Source of the DNA: an uncultured delta proteobacterium
Lineage (GTDB): Bacteria; Myxococcota; Myxococcia; SLRQ01
Length of the DNA stretch: 64,000 nt
Direction: 5' to 3'
Assembly (NCBI GenBank): GCA_963727485.1
Contig: CAVSGM010000003.1
Coordinates: forward strand, 64,001-128,000
Shown here: piece after piece, positions 11,206 to 24,100 of the stretch
Numbering within the stretch: the first letter of the stretch is position 1
Layout of the letters: every line of letters starts with the position of its first letter
Translations under genes and position numbers: made by a program
The notes under the pieces: generated by a model
Seen by the model: only the letters and a program-made list of their open reading frames with translations
What the model was told of the DNA's origin: nothing
Database searches by the model: none

Positions 11206-14200
11206 TCAGTGGCAGACGGTGTCGTAGTCGACGGTGATGGTCGCGCCCTTGGGCGGCACCGAGCTGGCGTCGAAGAGGATCGAGTTCGACGGGGCGTCGT
11301 AGCTCCAGGCCGGCTGGCTCACCTGCGACGCCGTTCACCTTCACCGCGATGCTCGAGACCACCGGGTCCCGGGTGAGGAAGAACTGGGAGCGCTGCCCGA
11401 AGGTGTTGAGCCCCAGGTCGCCCGCGATCTTGCCCCAGTCGCTGTCGCAGATGGAGCGGTTGATGCCGTTGGTGCGGTTGGCCACGTCGACCAGCCTCGG
11501 GGCCTTCACCGCGGTGGCGCCGGTGGGGGTGGTGCAGTCCGCGGGCTTCTTGGTGGCCTCGTCGTAGCCGACCACCGACGAGAAGCTCATCAGGTCGGCG
11601 TTGTGGAAGCCCTTGATGTTCTTGAGGAAGTCCACGTAGTAGTCCACCGTGCCCTTGGACTGGTCGTCCTCGTCCATCACCGCCACCACCACCAGCTTGG
11701 CGTCGTCCCGGAGGAAGCCGCCGTTCTTGGCCGGGTCGTTGATCAAGGGTGGGGTCAGCGCCGCGTGGACCGCCTCGAGCGCCTGCTCGCCGTCGCCCTG
11801 GGCGCCGAGCTGCACGTTGTCGGAGAAGGCCTGCGCCGGGTTGGGGGTCTGGGGGGTGATGATTCTTGGGCGCGCCGTTGCGGGCCTGGAAGTTCCCCGA
11901 CTGGCTGGCGTCGGCCATGTCGTTGCTCACCACCGCCACGTGGTAGTCGGTGTTGAGGGTGGTGGCGGTCTGGAAGAACGACGCCGAGTTGTCCGCGAGG
12001 CTCTTCTGCTTGTCACTCATGGAGCAGCTGTTGTCGATCATGAAGAGCACGTCGACGGTGGGCTGCGAGAGCTGGGTGAAGGTGTCGGTCTGGTGGCTGT
12101 CGGTGGTGCCCTGGCCCTTGAGCGGCACGGTCATGATGCTGGCGTTGGCGGCGTCGGACTCGATGGCCAGCACCGCGTTGTCGGCGTTGGTGCTCGCCGG
12201 CCGGTACTTCACCTTGATCGCGAGCGTCCCGCCGGCGGGGATGGTGGTCGGCATCGGCGGCAGGCTGGCGATGGTGAAGGGCCCGCTCTGCGGCTGCCCC
12301 TTGCCCGGCGGGTCGATGTAGATCGAGGTGACCTTCATCGAGGCGCCGCCGTTGTTGTAGATGGTCACCGTGCGCTCCAGGGAGGCGCAGCCCACGGTGA
12401 TCACCCCGAAGTCCACCGAGGTGGGGATGACCTCGATGTCCGACTGCACCCCCTGGCCCTGGAGGAAGACCTGGTAGCAGCCGGTGCTGCCGCCGTTCAT
12501 CGAGGTGCACTCGCTGCCGTCGGCGTGGGGATCGTCGGTCTGGATCTGGAGCCCGCCGCAGTCGGTGGCCTCCTTGGGGGGCGCGTAGAGGACCGAGACC
12601 AGGCCCACCTGCCCGGGCTTGATGGTGCTGGTGGCGGTGCCGCCCACGGTCACCTGCTGGCCGTTGACCAGGGTGTAGTTGGGGTCGGGCTGGAAGAAGT
12701 TGGTGATGTCGACCCCGACCATCTTGATCGAGCTGACGTGGCAGTCGATGGAGCCGGTGTTCTCCAGGCTCGCGGTGAGGGTCTTCTTCTCCCCGACCCG
12801 CACCGTCCCGAACTCCGCCACCCTGGGGGTGATGCTGAGGGTGATGCACCCGGAGAAGTTGAAGTTGCCCGTGTGCGGCGTCACCGAGAGCTGGCAGGTG
12901 GGGTTGGCCACCGGGGTGCCCTGGAGGGTCACGTCGATGGGGCCCGCGGCGTCCGGGGAGGCGACCTCGAAGGTCCCGGTGTCGGGGCCCGTGGCGTCGG
13001 CGGGGGCGTACTCGAGCTTGAAGGTGACGATGTCGCCTGGCTGGAGGGTGTAGGGCGAGGTGCCCGGCGGGACCCCGACCACCGAGAACTGCACCGCGGC
13101 GCCGGCGGTGACCGTCCCGGTGACCCCGGTGCAGGGGAGCTTGCCGGCGTTGGAGATGGCGAGGACCTTGTCCACCGGGTAGCCGGTGGCCGCCTGACCG
13201 AAGTCGAGGGTGGTGGTGGCCACCTGGAGCTGGCAGCTCGGGGGCACCTCACCCTGGCCGGTGAGGTTGATCCAGCCCTGGGGGACGGTGGGGTCGGTGG
13301 ACTCGAGGTAGAGCCGGCCGTTGAAGGTCGTCGCCGAGTCGGGCTTGAAGTCCACCGGGACCTGCACGGTCTGGCCGGCGGTGAGGCTCACCGGCGCCGA
13401 CGGGGCCCCGGCGCCCAGCTGGTACTGGGTGCTGGGACCGGCGCCGGTCGCGTCCTGGACCGCGAGGGTGGTGATGCTGAGGGGCTGGGTGCCGCAGTCG
13501 GAGAGCTTGATGCTCTTCGTCGCGGTCTGGCCCACGGTGACCGCGCCGAAGTCCTCGGTGGGCACCGGGTCGGGGCAGAGCTTGGGGCCGTCGCCCTTGC
13601 CGGTGAGGTAGATGTCGACCACCGACTGCACCGGGTCGCTCGAGGCCAGCTCCACGATCGCCTGGTGGGCGCCCCCGGCCTTGGGGGCGAAGTGGATCTT
13701 CGCCTGGATCCCCTGTCCCGGCGGGAGGTCGCCGGGGGCGCCGATATCCGCGGGATCGAGGCTGTAGTCCTGGTAGCGGTTGCCGCTCTTGAAGCTCCAC
13801 TGGAGGTTCTTGAGGGGCAGCTGGCCCACGTTGGAGATGGACACCGGGCAGGTGGTGCTGCCGTTCAGGGTCGTGAGGGGGAACGGGAGGTCGAGGTGGC
13901 CGCCGACCTGGTTGCACACCTTCTTGGACACGCAGTCCCCGGCCAGCAGGCACACCTGGATCTTGGGGGCGGCGCCGGAGGCGTCGATGGGGACGTCGAC
14001 CTCGGGGGTCTTGGGGTCGTTGCTCTCGAGCACCAGCTTCCCGGTGTCGGTGCCGATGTTCTGGGGCCGGTAGACCACGGTGACGGTGTCGCAGTCGCCC
14101 GGGAGCAGGATCTTCGGGTCCTTTGCGGTCCGGGCGGCGCCGGTGGCGCAGTCCACCGGGGTGAGCGCCGCGCGGAGGGCGAGCTCGGTCTTGGTGTCCT

Positions 14201-14468
14201 CGGTCCCCTCGACGACCGTGGGATCGGCGGTGATCTTCAGGTTGTCGTTGCCGGCGTTGCGGAGGGTGACGACCTGGTCGGCCTCGGCGTCCACCGCCGT
14301 GGGCGGGAAGGTGATCGACGTCGGGGTGACCTCGATCTTCGGGGCCACCTGGCTGACCCCGCCGCCCTGGCAGTCACAGCCGCCGGCGGCCGAGGCCACG
14401 GCGAAGCCGGCGGCCGCGAGGGTGAGGACGAGCCGGCCGGGACGACGCCTTGCAGGATTTGCGACCAT
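11206..14468 (-). CDS. Ig-like (choice-of-anchor D/ASH-type) repeat + vWA lipoprotein, copy A; apparent frameshifts at 11861-11865 and about 11328
   Basis: AGGCDC lipobox, six Ig-like repeats, IDNSCSM MIDAS motif and DYDTVCH* end shared with copies B-D. Confidence 0.85.
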
Positions 14469-14588
14469 TCGATCACCTCCGTGAGCCGTGCGCACGAATT
14501 GCACGGCCCACCCGTTCCTACCACGCCGGTCTGGCGCGGCGGCCGCGATCCCGGGCCGGGGGCACGGAGGTAAGGCGATCGCCTGGGG

Positions 14589-17500
14589 TCAGTGGCAGAC
14601 CGTGTCGTAGTCCACGTCGATGGTGGCGCCCTGGGGCGGCACGTCGGCGGCGTCGAAGATGACGGAGTTCGACGGGGCGTCGTAGCTCCACGCCGGCTGG
14701 TTCACCTGCTGGCCGCCCACATGGACCACGATGCTCGAGGCCACCGCCTCCCGGCTGAGGAAGAACTGGGCCTGGGCCCCGAAGGCGTTGAGCCCCAGGT
14801 CGTCGGCGATCTTGCCCCAGTCGGTGGAGCAGATGGACTTCTTCACCCCGTTGGTCCGGGTGGCCACGTCCACGTAGCGCGGCCCGGGGTTCCCCACCCC
14901 GCCCTTGCCGGTGGCGCAGCTCGCGGGCTTCTTGGTGGTCTCGTCATAGCCCACCACGGCCGAGAAGCTCATCATGTCGGCGTTGTGGAAGCCCTTGATG
15001 TTCTTGAGCCAGTCCACGTAGAAGTCCACCGTGCCGCTGGACTGGTCGTCCTCGTCGCTCACGGCGATGACCACCAGCTTCGCCTGGTCCCGGAGGAAGC
15101 CGGCGTTGGCGGTGGGATCGTGGAGCAGGGGGTCGGTGAGGGCGGCGTGCACCGCGGCCAGCCCCTGCTCGATGCCCGAGCCCATGGTCCCGAGCTGCAC
15201 GTCGTCGGAGAACGCCTGCACCGGGTCGGCCAGGGCGGCGGTGATGAGCTTGGGCGCCCCGTTCCGTGACTGGAACCGCCCCGACTCCTTGGCGTTGTCC
15301 ATGTCGGTGGTGACGATGGCCATGTGGTAGTCGGTGTTCAGCTGGATCGCCCGCTGGAAGAAGTACTGCGCGTTGCTGGCGAGGTTCTTCTGCTTGTCGG
15401 TCATCGAGCAGGAGTCGTCGACCATCCACAAGACGTCGACCTCGGGCTGGGTGAGCTGGGTGAAGTGGTCGGTCTGGTGGCTGTCGGTGGTGCCCTGGCC
15501 CTGGAGGGGCACGGTCATGAGGTTCGAGTTCTGGGCGTCCGACTCGATGGCCAACACCGCGTTGTGGGGGTTGGCGTCGGGCGGCCGGTACTTCACCCGG
15601 ATCTGGACGGTGCCGCCCCCGGGGACGGTCACCGGCAAGGGCGGCATGCTGGTGATGGTGAAGGGCCCGGACGGCGGCTGCCCCTTGCCCGGAGGCGAGA
15701 GGTAGATGCTGGTGAGGTTCAGGGCCGCCTGCCCGGTGTTGTAGATGGTCACCGTGCGCTCCAGGGAGGCGCAGCCCACGGTGATGGTCCCGAAGTCCAC
15801 GCTGTCGGGGACAATCTCGATGTCCGACTCCACCCCGGCGCCCTGGAGGAAGACCTGGAAGCACCCGGGGTCCGGGGCGGTGTTGTTCATCCCCCCGCAC
15901 TCGCTGCCGTCGGAGCTGGTGTCGGTGGTCTGGACCATCACCAGGCCGCAGTCGATCTGCTGCTTGGTGGGCTGGAAGGCGACCTGCACCTGGCCCACCT
16001 CGCCGGGGTTGATGGTGCTGGTGAGCTTGCCGTTCACCAGAACCTGGGTCCCGTTGGTCGCCAGGGTGTAGGCGGGGTCGGGCAAGGAGAGGGGGAAGGG
16101 CGAGTAGAGCTTCACCCACTTCACGTCGCAGGGGACGCCGCTGGTGTTCTCCAGGCTCACCGGGAGGACCTTCTTCTGGTTCACCCGCACCGAGCCGTAG
16201 GCCGAGAACCTCGGATTGCTGCCGAGGGTGATGCACCCGGTGATGTTGAAGTTCCCCGCCGCCGGGGTGACCTGGAGGGTGCACTGGGGGGTGGCGGTGG
16301 GCGTGCCCTGGAGGGTGACGTCGAGGGGCGAGGCGAGCTCGTTGGCGCCGAGCTGAAGGGTCCCGGTGTCGGGCCCGGTGCCGTCGGCGGGGTCGTAGGT
16401 GAGCTCCACGGTGACGATGTCGCCAGGGTGGAGGGTCCAGGGCGTGGGCCCGGGGGTACCGGTGATGGAGAACTTCACCGCGCTCCCGGTGGTGATGGCG
16501 GCGGTGACCCCGGTGCAGTCGAGCTGCCCGGGGTTGGAGATCGCCAGGGTCTTCTTCACCGGGTAGCCCGGGGCGGTGGTGCCGAAGTCGAGGGTGGTGG
16601 TGGCCACCTGGAGCTGGCAGCTCGGCGGCACCTGGCCCGCGCCCGTGAGGTTCACCCACCCGGACGGGACCACCGGGTCGGTGGACTCGAGGTAGAGCCG
16701 CCCGTTGAAGGTGGTCGCCGAGTCGGGGGTGAAGGTCACCGGCACCTGCACGCTCCCCCCGGCGGTGAGGGCGACGGGCACCGAAGGCGCGCCGCTCCCC
16801 AGGGCGAACTGGGTGCTGGCCCCCTGGCCGCTGCCGTCCTGGACCTGGAGCCTGGTGACCGAGAGGTCCTTCGTCCCGCAGTCGCTGAGGGTGACCTGCT
16901 TGGTCTTGGAGGTCCCCACGTCCACCGTCCCGAAGTCCACGGTGGGCATGGGATCGGGGCAGAGCTTGGGGCCGTCGCCCTGCCCGTCGAGGTTCACCAC
17001 CACCACCCCCTGGTCGGGGTCGCTGGAGGTCACCTCGACGATGGCGGTGTGGTCCCCGCCGGCCTTGGGGGCGAAGTGGATCTTCGCCTGGATCCCCTGG
17101 CCCGGGGCGAGGTCGCCGGTGGCCCCGAGGTCCTTGGGGTCGAGGCTGTAGTCCTGGTAGCGGTTGCCGCTCTTGACGCCCCACTGGAGCTGCTTGAGCG
17201 GCAGCTGGCCCACGTTGGAGATGGAGACCGGGCAGGTGGTGGTGGCGCTCAGGGGGTGAGGGGGAAGGGCAGGTTCATCTGCTGCCCTGGCTGGTTGCAG
17301 GTCTTCTGGGCGACGCAGTCCCCGGGCAGCAGGCAGACCTGGATCTTGGGGGCGGCGCCGGTGGCGTCGATGGGGACGTCGACCTCGGCGTGCTTGGGAT
17401 CGTTGCTCTGGATGACGAGCTTGCCGGTGTCCTGGCCGATGTTCAGGGGCACGTAGACCACGGTGATGGTGGCGCAGGCGCCGGGGACCAGCTGCGTCGG

Positions 17501-17839
17501 GTCGCCGGTGGTCTTGGCGGCGCCGGTGGCGCAGTCCACCGCGTCGAGGACCTGGCGCAGGGCCAGCTCGGTCTTCTGGTCCTCGGTCCCCTCGACGACC
17601 TTGGGGGTCGCCGTGATCTTCAGGGTGTCGTTCCCCGCGTTCCGGAGGGTCACCACCTGGTCCGCCTCGGCGTTCACCGCGGTGGGGGCGAAGGTGATCT
17701 TCGCCGGGGTGACCACGAGCGAAGGGGCCACGGTGCCCACCGAGCTCCCCTGGCAGTCGCAGCCGCCCGCCGAGGCGGCGAGGCCGAAGCCGAGGAGGAG
17801 CGCGAAGAGGGCGAAGCGACGGGGACGAAGATTTGCCAT
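14589..17839 (-). CDS. Ig-like repeat + vWA lipoprotein, copy B; apparent -1 homopolymer frameshift at 17252-17256
   Basis: ORF 17249-17839 and the C-terminal part of 14589-20657 together align collinearly with copy D; VDDSCSM MIDAS. Confidence 0.88.
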
Positions 17840-17944
17840 TCCCCTGCGCTACCATCCTCACTGACCAGGGCAACCGAAACCGGTCCCTGGCGGGGGGAGG
17901 TAAGGGAATGCCCGCAAAAGCTGCATTCTCCGGCCCCCGCCGGG

Positions 17945-20900
17945 CTAGTGGCACACGGTGTCGTAGTCCACGTCGACGGTCGCCCCCGGCGCCGGCACCG
18001 AGCCGCTGGCGAAGACCACCGCGTTGGACACCGGGTCGTAGGCCCACGCCGGCCGGGCCACCGCCTGCCCGTCCACCCGCACCCCGATGGTCGAGGCCAC
18101 CGCCGCCCGGGTGAGGTAGAACGCCGACCGGGCCCCGAAGGCGTTGAGGCCCAGGTCGTCGACGATGGCACCCCAGTCGCTGGCGCAGATGGACCGGGCG
18201 ATGCCCCCGGTCTGCCGGGTGACCGAGACGTAGCGGTCCCCGGCGAGGGCCTCGCCGCCCGCCGCCGTGTCGCAGGTCGCCGCCTGGTGGGTGGCGTCGT
18301 CGTAGCCGACCACCGAGGAGAAGCTGGTGAGGTCCGCGTTGTGGAACCCCTTCAGGGTCCGCAGGAAGTCCACGTAGTAGGGCAGGACCTCCGGGGACTG
18401 GTCGTCCTCGTCGCTGACCGCGATGATCACCAGCCTGGCCTCCCGCCGGAGGAAGCCGGCGTTGGCCGCCGGGTCGTCGACCAGCGGCGGGGTGAGGGCC
18501 GCTTCCACCGCCGCCAGGCCCTGCTCGATCCCCGAGCCCGAGGTCCCCAGCTTCGCGTCGTCGGCGAAGGCCTGCACCGGGTCGGGGATCGAGGGGGTGA
18601 TGATCCTCGGCGCCCCGTTGCGGGACTGGAAGCGCCCCGAGGCCTTGGGGTCGTACATGTCGGTGGTCACCACCGCCATCTGGTAGTTGGCGCTGAGCTG
18701 CACCGCCCGGCGGAAGAAGGCCTGGGCGTTGTCCGAAAGGTTCTGCTGCTTGTCGGCCATCGAGCAGGAGTCGTCGATCATCCACAGCACGTCCACCTCG
18801 GGGGCGCCCAGCTGCTGGAAGTGATCGGTCTGGTGGGCGTCGGCGCTCCCCTGCCCGGAGAGGGGCACGGTCAGAAGGCTCGTCCCGGTGGCGGTGCGGG
18901 TCTCGAGGGCCAGGAGCGCGGTGTGGGGCGTCGGGTCCGGGGGCCGGTAGCGGATCCGGAGCTTCACCTGGCCCCCGGCCGGGATCATCACCGGCAGCGG
19001 CGGGAGGCTCACGAGGGTGAAGGGCCCGCTCGCCGGCCGGCCCTTCCCCGGCGGGGCGAGGTAGGCGCTGGTGAGGGTGACCGCGGCGTCGCCGGTGTCG
19101 TAGAGGGTCACCGTCCGCTCCTGGGAGGCGCAGCCCACGGTGATCCGCCCGAAGTCCAGGCTCCCGGGGATCTCCTGGAGGTCCGGGGCGGCGCCCCGGC
19201 CCTGGAGGTAGACCGGGTCCTCGCCGCCGGGGACGGTGGGGTCGGTGGTGCGGATGCGCACCAGGCCGCAGTCGAGCTGGGGGTGGCCCGGGCGGTAGGT
19301 GACCCGGACCTCGCCCACCTTCCCCGGCTCGATGGTCCGGGCCAGCTGGCCGTCGACCAGCACCTGGTCGGCGCCGGTGGCCAGGGTGAAGCTCGGGTCC
19401 AGGGGGAAGCCCGGTGAGACCCCATCGAGGCGCACCGACGCGACGGTGCAGGGGAGGGCCCCGACGTTCTCCAGGCGCACCGGCAGGGTCTTGGGCGTCC
19501 CCAGCTCCACCACGCCGTAGGCGGCGATCCGGGGCTGGGTGGCCACCGGCACGCACCCCTGGAGGTCGAAGCTCCCGGGCCGGGGGGTCACCGAGAGCTG
19601 GCACCCGGCCTCGCCGGTGGGATTGCCGGTGAGGGCCACCTCCCGCGGGTGGCGCAGGGCGTCCCCGTCGAGGGTGAGGGTGCCTGCGTCGGGCCCGGTG
19701 GCGTCGGTGGGGTCGTAGGTGATCCCGAGGAACGCGATCTGCCCCGGGTCCAGGGTGTAGGGCGCAGGCCCGGGGGTCGCCGTCACCGTGAAGCGCACCG
19801 CGGCCCCGGCGGTGAGGGTGGCGGTGACCCCGGTGCAGGGGCGCCGTCCCGCGTTGGCCAGGGCCAGGGTCCGGGTCACGGGAAAGCCCGGGGCGGTCCG
19901 ACCGAAGTCCAGGACGGTGGCGGCGACCTGGAGGAGGCACGCGGGGGGCGCGTCCCCCTCGCCGAGGAGCGACACCGCGGCGCTGGGGACCACGGTGTCG
20001 GAGGTGTCGACGCGGAGGCGCCCGTGCAGCGGCCCGCCGGCGTCCGGGGTGAAGGTGATCGGCACCCGGGTGGTGGCCCCGGCGGCCAGGGGGATCGGGG
20101 TGGTGGGGGCGCCCGGTCCCAGGGCGAACTCGGGGCTTGGGCCCTGGCCGGCCCCGTCGAGGACCGAGAGGGCGGTGACCGTGAGGGGCTCGGTGCCGCA
20201 GTCGGTGAGGGTCACCGTCCGGGTGGCGCTCTGGCTCACGGCCACGGTGCCGAAGTCCTCGGTGGGCAGGGGGTCGGCGCAGAGCTTGGGGCCGTCCCCG
20301 TCCCCGGTCAGGGCCAGTGCCACCCGGCCCTGGGCCGGGTCGGAGGTGGCCACCTCCACGGTCTCCTGGTGGTGCCCGGCGGCCCCGGGGGTGAATTGGA
20401 CGGTCGCCTGGATCCCCTGGCCCGGGGCCAGGGCCCCGGTGGCGCCGAGGCTCGCCGGGTCGAGGGCGAAGGCCGGGTCCCCCGGGCTCGGGTCGGCGCC
20501 CCACTGGAGGCCGTCGAGGGCCGTGGCGCCCAGGTTCGCCACCGAGACCGGGCAGCTCCTGGACGCGTCCAGGGTCGTGGTGGGGAAGGGCACGGCGAGG
20601 GGCTGGCCGGGCTGGCTGCAGGTCTTCACGGCGGCGCAGTCCCCGGGGAGGAGGCACACCTGGAGCCGGGGCGCGTCGCCGGTGGCGGCGAGGGGGACGT
20701 CGACCTCGGGCCGGTGGCCGTCGTCGCTGTGGAGGACGAGGGTGCCCGTGTCGGTGCCCAGGTTCCCGGGCTGGTAGGTCACGGTGACCGTGGCGCAGCC
20801 CCCAGGGAGCAGGCGGGTCAGAGGGCCCCCGGCCCGGGGATCCCCGGTGCCGCAGTCCACCGGCTGGAGGACGTCCCGGAGGCCGAGCTCGGCGAGGGCG

Positions 20901-21163
20901 TCCTCGGCCCCCTCGACCACCTTCGGGGCCGCGGGGAAGGTCAGGGGCGCGTTCCCGGTGTTGCGCAGGGTCACCACCCGGTCGCCCTCGCCGCCCACCG
21001 CCGTGGGCGCGAAGGTCACCGCCGCCGGGGTCACCTCGAGGGTCGGCCCCACGGCGTCGAGGCCCCCGCCCTGGCAGTCACAGCCCCCGGCGGTCGACGC
21101 GGCGAGGCCGACGGCGAGGACGGCGACGAGGCGCCGCCGGGGGCGGTGGGAGCCCGGGCCCAT
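17945..21163 (-). CDS. Ig-like repeat + vWA lipoprotein, copy C (most divergent)
   Basis: Intact 1072-aa ORF with AGGCDC, IDDSCSM, SDEDDQS and DYDTVCH. Confidence 0.9.
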   Translation of the reverse strand: MGPGSHRPRRRLVAVLAVGLAASTAGGCDCQGGGLDAVGPTLEVTPAAVTFAPTAVGGEGDRVVTLRNTGNAPLTFPAAPKVVEGAEDALAELGLRDVLQPVDCGTGDPRAGGPLTRLLPGGCATVTVTYQPGNLGTDTGTLVLHSDDGHRPEVDVPLAATGDAPRLQVCLLPGDCAAVKTCSQPGQPLAVPFPTTTLDASRSCPVSVANLGATALDGLQWGADPSPGDPAFALDPASLGATGALAPGQGIQATVQFTPGAAGHHQETVEVATSDPAQGRVALALTGDGDGPKLCADPLPTEDFGTVAVSQSATRTVTLTDCGTEPLTVTALSVLDGAGQGPSPEFALGPGAPTTPIPLAAGATTRVPITFTPDAGGPLHGRLRVDTSDTVVPSAAVSLLGEGDAPPACLLQVAATVLDFGRTAPGFPVTRTLALANAGRRPCTGVTATLTAGAAVRFTVTATPGPAPYTLDPGQIAFLGITYDPTDATGPDAGTLTLDGDALRHPREVALTGNPTGEAGCQLSVTPRPGSFDLQGCVPVATQPRIAAYGVVELGTPKTLPVRLENVGALPCTVASVRLDGVSPGFPLDPSFTLATGADQVLVDGQLARTIEPGKVGEVRVTYRPGHPQLDCGLVRIRTTDPTVPGGEDPVYLQGRGAAPDLQEIPGSLDFGRITVGCASQERTVTLYDTGDAAVTLTSAYLAPPGKGRPASGPFTLVSLPPLPVMIPAGGQVKLRIRYRPPDPTPHTALLALETRTATGTSLLTVPLSGQGSADAHQTDHFQQLGAPEVDVLWMIDDSCSMADKQQNLSDNAQAFFRRAVQLSANYQMAVVTTDMYDPKASGRFQSRNGAPRIITPSIPDPVQAFADDAKLGTSGSGIEQGLAAVEAALTPPLVDDPAANAGFLRREARLVIIAVSDEDDQSPEVLPYYVDFLRTLKGFHNADLTSFSSVVGYDDATHQAATCDTAAGGEALAGDRYVSVTRQTGGIARSICASDWGAIVDDLGLNAFGARSAFYLTRAAVASTIGVRVDGQAVARPAWAYDPVSNAVVFASGSVPAPGATVDVDYDTVCH

Positions 21164-21189
21164 CCCAAAGGGCTACCACTCCTTGGGGA

Positions 21190-24100
21190 TCAGTGGCAGA
21201 CCGTGTCGTAGTCCACGTCGATGGTGGCGCCCTGGGGCGGCACCGAGCTGGCGTCGAAGATGATGGAGTTCGACGGGGCGTCGTAGCTCCAGGCCGGCTG
21301 GCTGACCTGCTGGCCGTTGACGTGGACCACGATGCTCGAGGGCACCGCCTCCCGGGTGAGGAAGAACTGGCTCTTGGCCCCGAAGGCGTTGAGGCCCAGG
21401 TCGTCGGCGATCTTGCCCCAGTCGGTGGAGCAGATGGACCGGGCGATGCCGTTGGTCCGGTTGGTCACCTCGACGTAGCGGGGGCCGGGGACCGCCTGGC
21501 CGCCGGTGGAGGTCGAGGTGCAGCTCGCCGCCTTCTTGGTGGACTCGTCGTAGCCGACGATCGACGAGAAGCTCATCAGGTCGGCGTTGTGGAAGCCCTT
21601 GATGTTCTTGAGGAAGTCCACGTAGAAGTCCACGGTGGCGCTGGACTGGTCGTCCTCGTCGCTCACGGCGATGACCACCAGCTTGGCGTCCTGGCGCAGG
21701 AAGCCGGCGTTGGCGGCGGGGTCGCTCAAGAGCGGGTCGGTGAGGGCGGCGTGGACCGCGGCGAGGCCCTTCTCGGTGCCCAATCCGTTGGTCCCCAGCA
21801 GCGCGTCGTCGGAGAACGCCTGCACCGGGTTGGGGGTGGAGGGGGTGATGATCTTCGGCGCCCCGTTCCGCGACTGGAACCGCCCCGACTCGTTGGGGTT
21901 GTCCATGTCGGTGGTGACCACCGCCAGGTGGAAGTCGGTGTTCAGCTGGGTGGCGCGCTGGAAGAAGGTCTGCGACTGGTCGGAGACGTTCTGCTGCTTG
22001 TCGCCCATGGAGCAGGAGTCGTCGATCATCCACAGCACGTCGACCATCGGCTGCGAGAGCTGGGTGAAGTGGTCGGTCTGGTGGCTGTCGGTGGTGCCCT
22101 GCCCGGAGAGGGGCACGGTCATGATCGCCGCGTTCTGGGCGTCGGACTCGATGACCAGCAGGGCGTTGTGGGTCTTGGCGTCGGGGGGCCGGTACTTCAC
22201 CTTCATCTGCACCGAGCCGCCGCCGGGCAGCGCCGCCGGCAGGGGGGGCATGCTGGTGATGGTGAACGGCCCGCTCGCCGGCTGACCGGCGCCCGGGGGG
22301 TCGGTGTAGATCTTGGTGATGTTCAGGGAGGCGCCGCCGGTGTTGTAGATGGTCACCGTGCGCTCCAGGGAGGCGCAGCCCACGGTGATCACCCCGAACT
22401 TCACCTCGGAGGGGATGACCTCGATGGCCGAGCGGACGCCCTGGCCCTGGAGGAAGACCTGGTAGCAGCCGGGCTGGGGGTTGGTGTTGGAGAACCCGCC
22501 GCACTCCGAGCCGTCGGAGTTGGTGTCGTTGGTCTGGATCATCAGGCTGCCGCAGTCCTGGGCCTCGGACGCGGGCTGGTACTGGACGTTGATCTGACCG
22601 ACCTGCCCGGGGTTGATGGTGTTGGTCTTGGTGCCGTTGACCACCACGGTGTTGGCCCCGTCGGGGAGGGTGTAGTTGGGGTCCGGCGGCGACAGGGGGA
22701 TCGCCGCGACCAGCTTCGCCGAGCTCACGGTGCAGGGGATGGAGCCGGTGTTCTCCAGGGAGGCGGTGATGACCTTGGTCTTGCTCACCCGCACGGTGCC
22801 GAACTCGGCGACCCGGGGGGTGAAGCTGGTGATGAAGCAGTTCCCGAAGCTGAAGTTGCCCGTGCGCGGGGTGACGTTGAGGGTGCACGAGGGCGCCGAG
22901 GCGGGCGTGCCCTGGAGGGTCACGTCCAGGGGCCCGGCCGCGTCGGGGGAGGCGAGCTCCAGGGTGCCGGTGTCCGGCGGGGTGGTGTCCTGGGGGTCGT
23001 ACTTCAGCTGGAGGGTGATGATGTCACCGGGGTGGAGGACGAAGGGCGAGGGGTTGCCGAGGATGGAGAAGGTCACCCCGGTGCCGGCGGTGACGGTGGC
23101 GGTGACCCCGGTGCAGTCGAGCTTGCCGGGGTTGGAGACCGCCAGGGTCTTGGTGACCGGGTAGCCCGGGGCGCCGGTGCCGAAGTCGAGGGTCTGGGTG
23201 GCGACCTGGAGCTGGCAGCTCGGGGGCACCACGCCCTGACCGGTGAGGTTCACCCAGCCAGAGGGGACCACCGGGTCGGTGGACTCGAGGTAGAGCCGCC
23301 CGTTGAAGGTGGTCGCCGAGTCGGGCTTGAAGTCGACGGGGACCTGGGTGCTCTGGCCGGCGGCGAGCTGGATGGGCGCCGCGGGGGCGCTCGAGCCCAT
23401 GGTGTACTGGGTGCTGGCGCCCTGGCCGGTGGCGTCCTGGACCTGGAGCTTGGTGACCGAGAGGGCCATGGTCCCGCAGTTGGTGAGCTTGATGTTCTTG
23501 GTCGAGGTCTGGCCCACGGTGACCTGGCCGTAGTCCTCGGTGGGCACCGGGTCGGGGCAGAGCTTGGGGCCGTCGCCCTTGCCGTCGAGGTCGATGTCGA
23601 GGACCGGCTGGTCCGGGTCGCTGGAGGTCATCTCCACCAGGGCCTGGTGGTCGCCGCCGGCCTTGGGCGAGAAGTGGATCTTGGTCTGTATCCCCTGGCC
23701 CGGGGCGAGGTCGCCGGTGGCCTTGAGGTCCGCCGGATCCAGCACGTAGTCCTTGTAGCGGTTGCCGCTCTTGAAGCTCCAGGTGAGGTTCTTGAGGGGG
23801 AGCTGGCCCACGTTGTCGATGGACACCGCGCAGGTGGTGGTGGCGCCGATCCCGGTGAGGGGGAAGGGCAGGGTCAGGTGCTGGCCGGTCTGGTTGCAGG
23901 TCTTCTGCGAGACGCAGTCCCCGGCGAGGAGGCAGACCTTGATCTTGGGGGCGGCCCCGCTGGCGGTGATGGGGACGTCGACCTCGGCGTGCTGCTTGTC
24001 GTTGCTCTTGATGACCAGCTTGCCGGTGTCGTTGCCGATGTTCAGGGGCCGGTAGACCACCATCACCGTGGCGCACTGGCCCGGGAGGAGGTTCGAGGGG

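Noticed and set aside
14589..20657. 2022-aa ORF in the supplied track
   Set aside because: Only the part below about 17250 is real (copy B C-terminus). The rest is an off-frame read-through of copy C and the copy B N-terminus.
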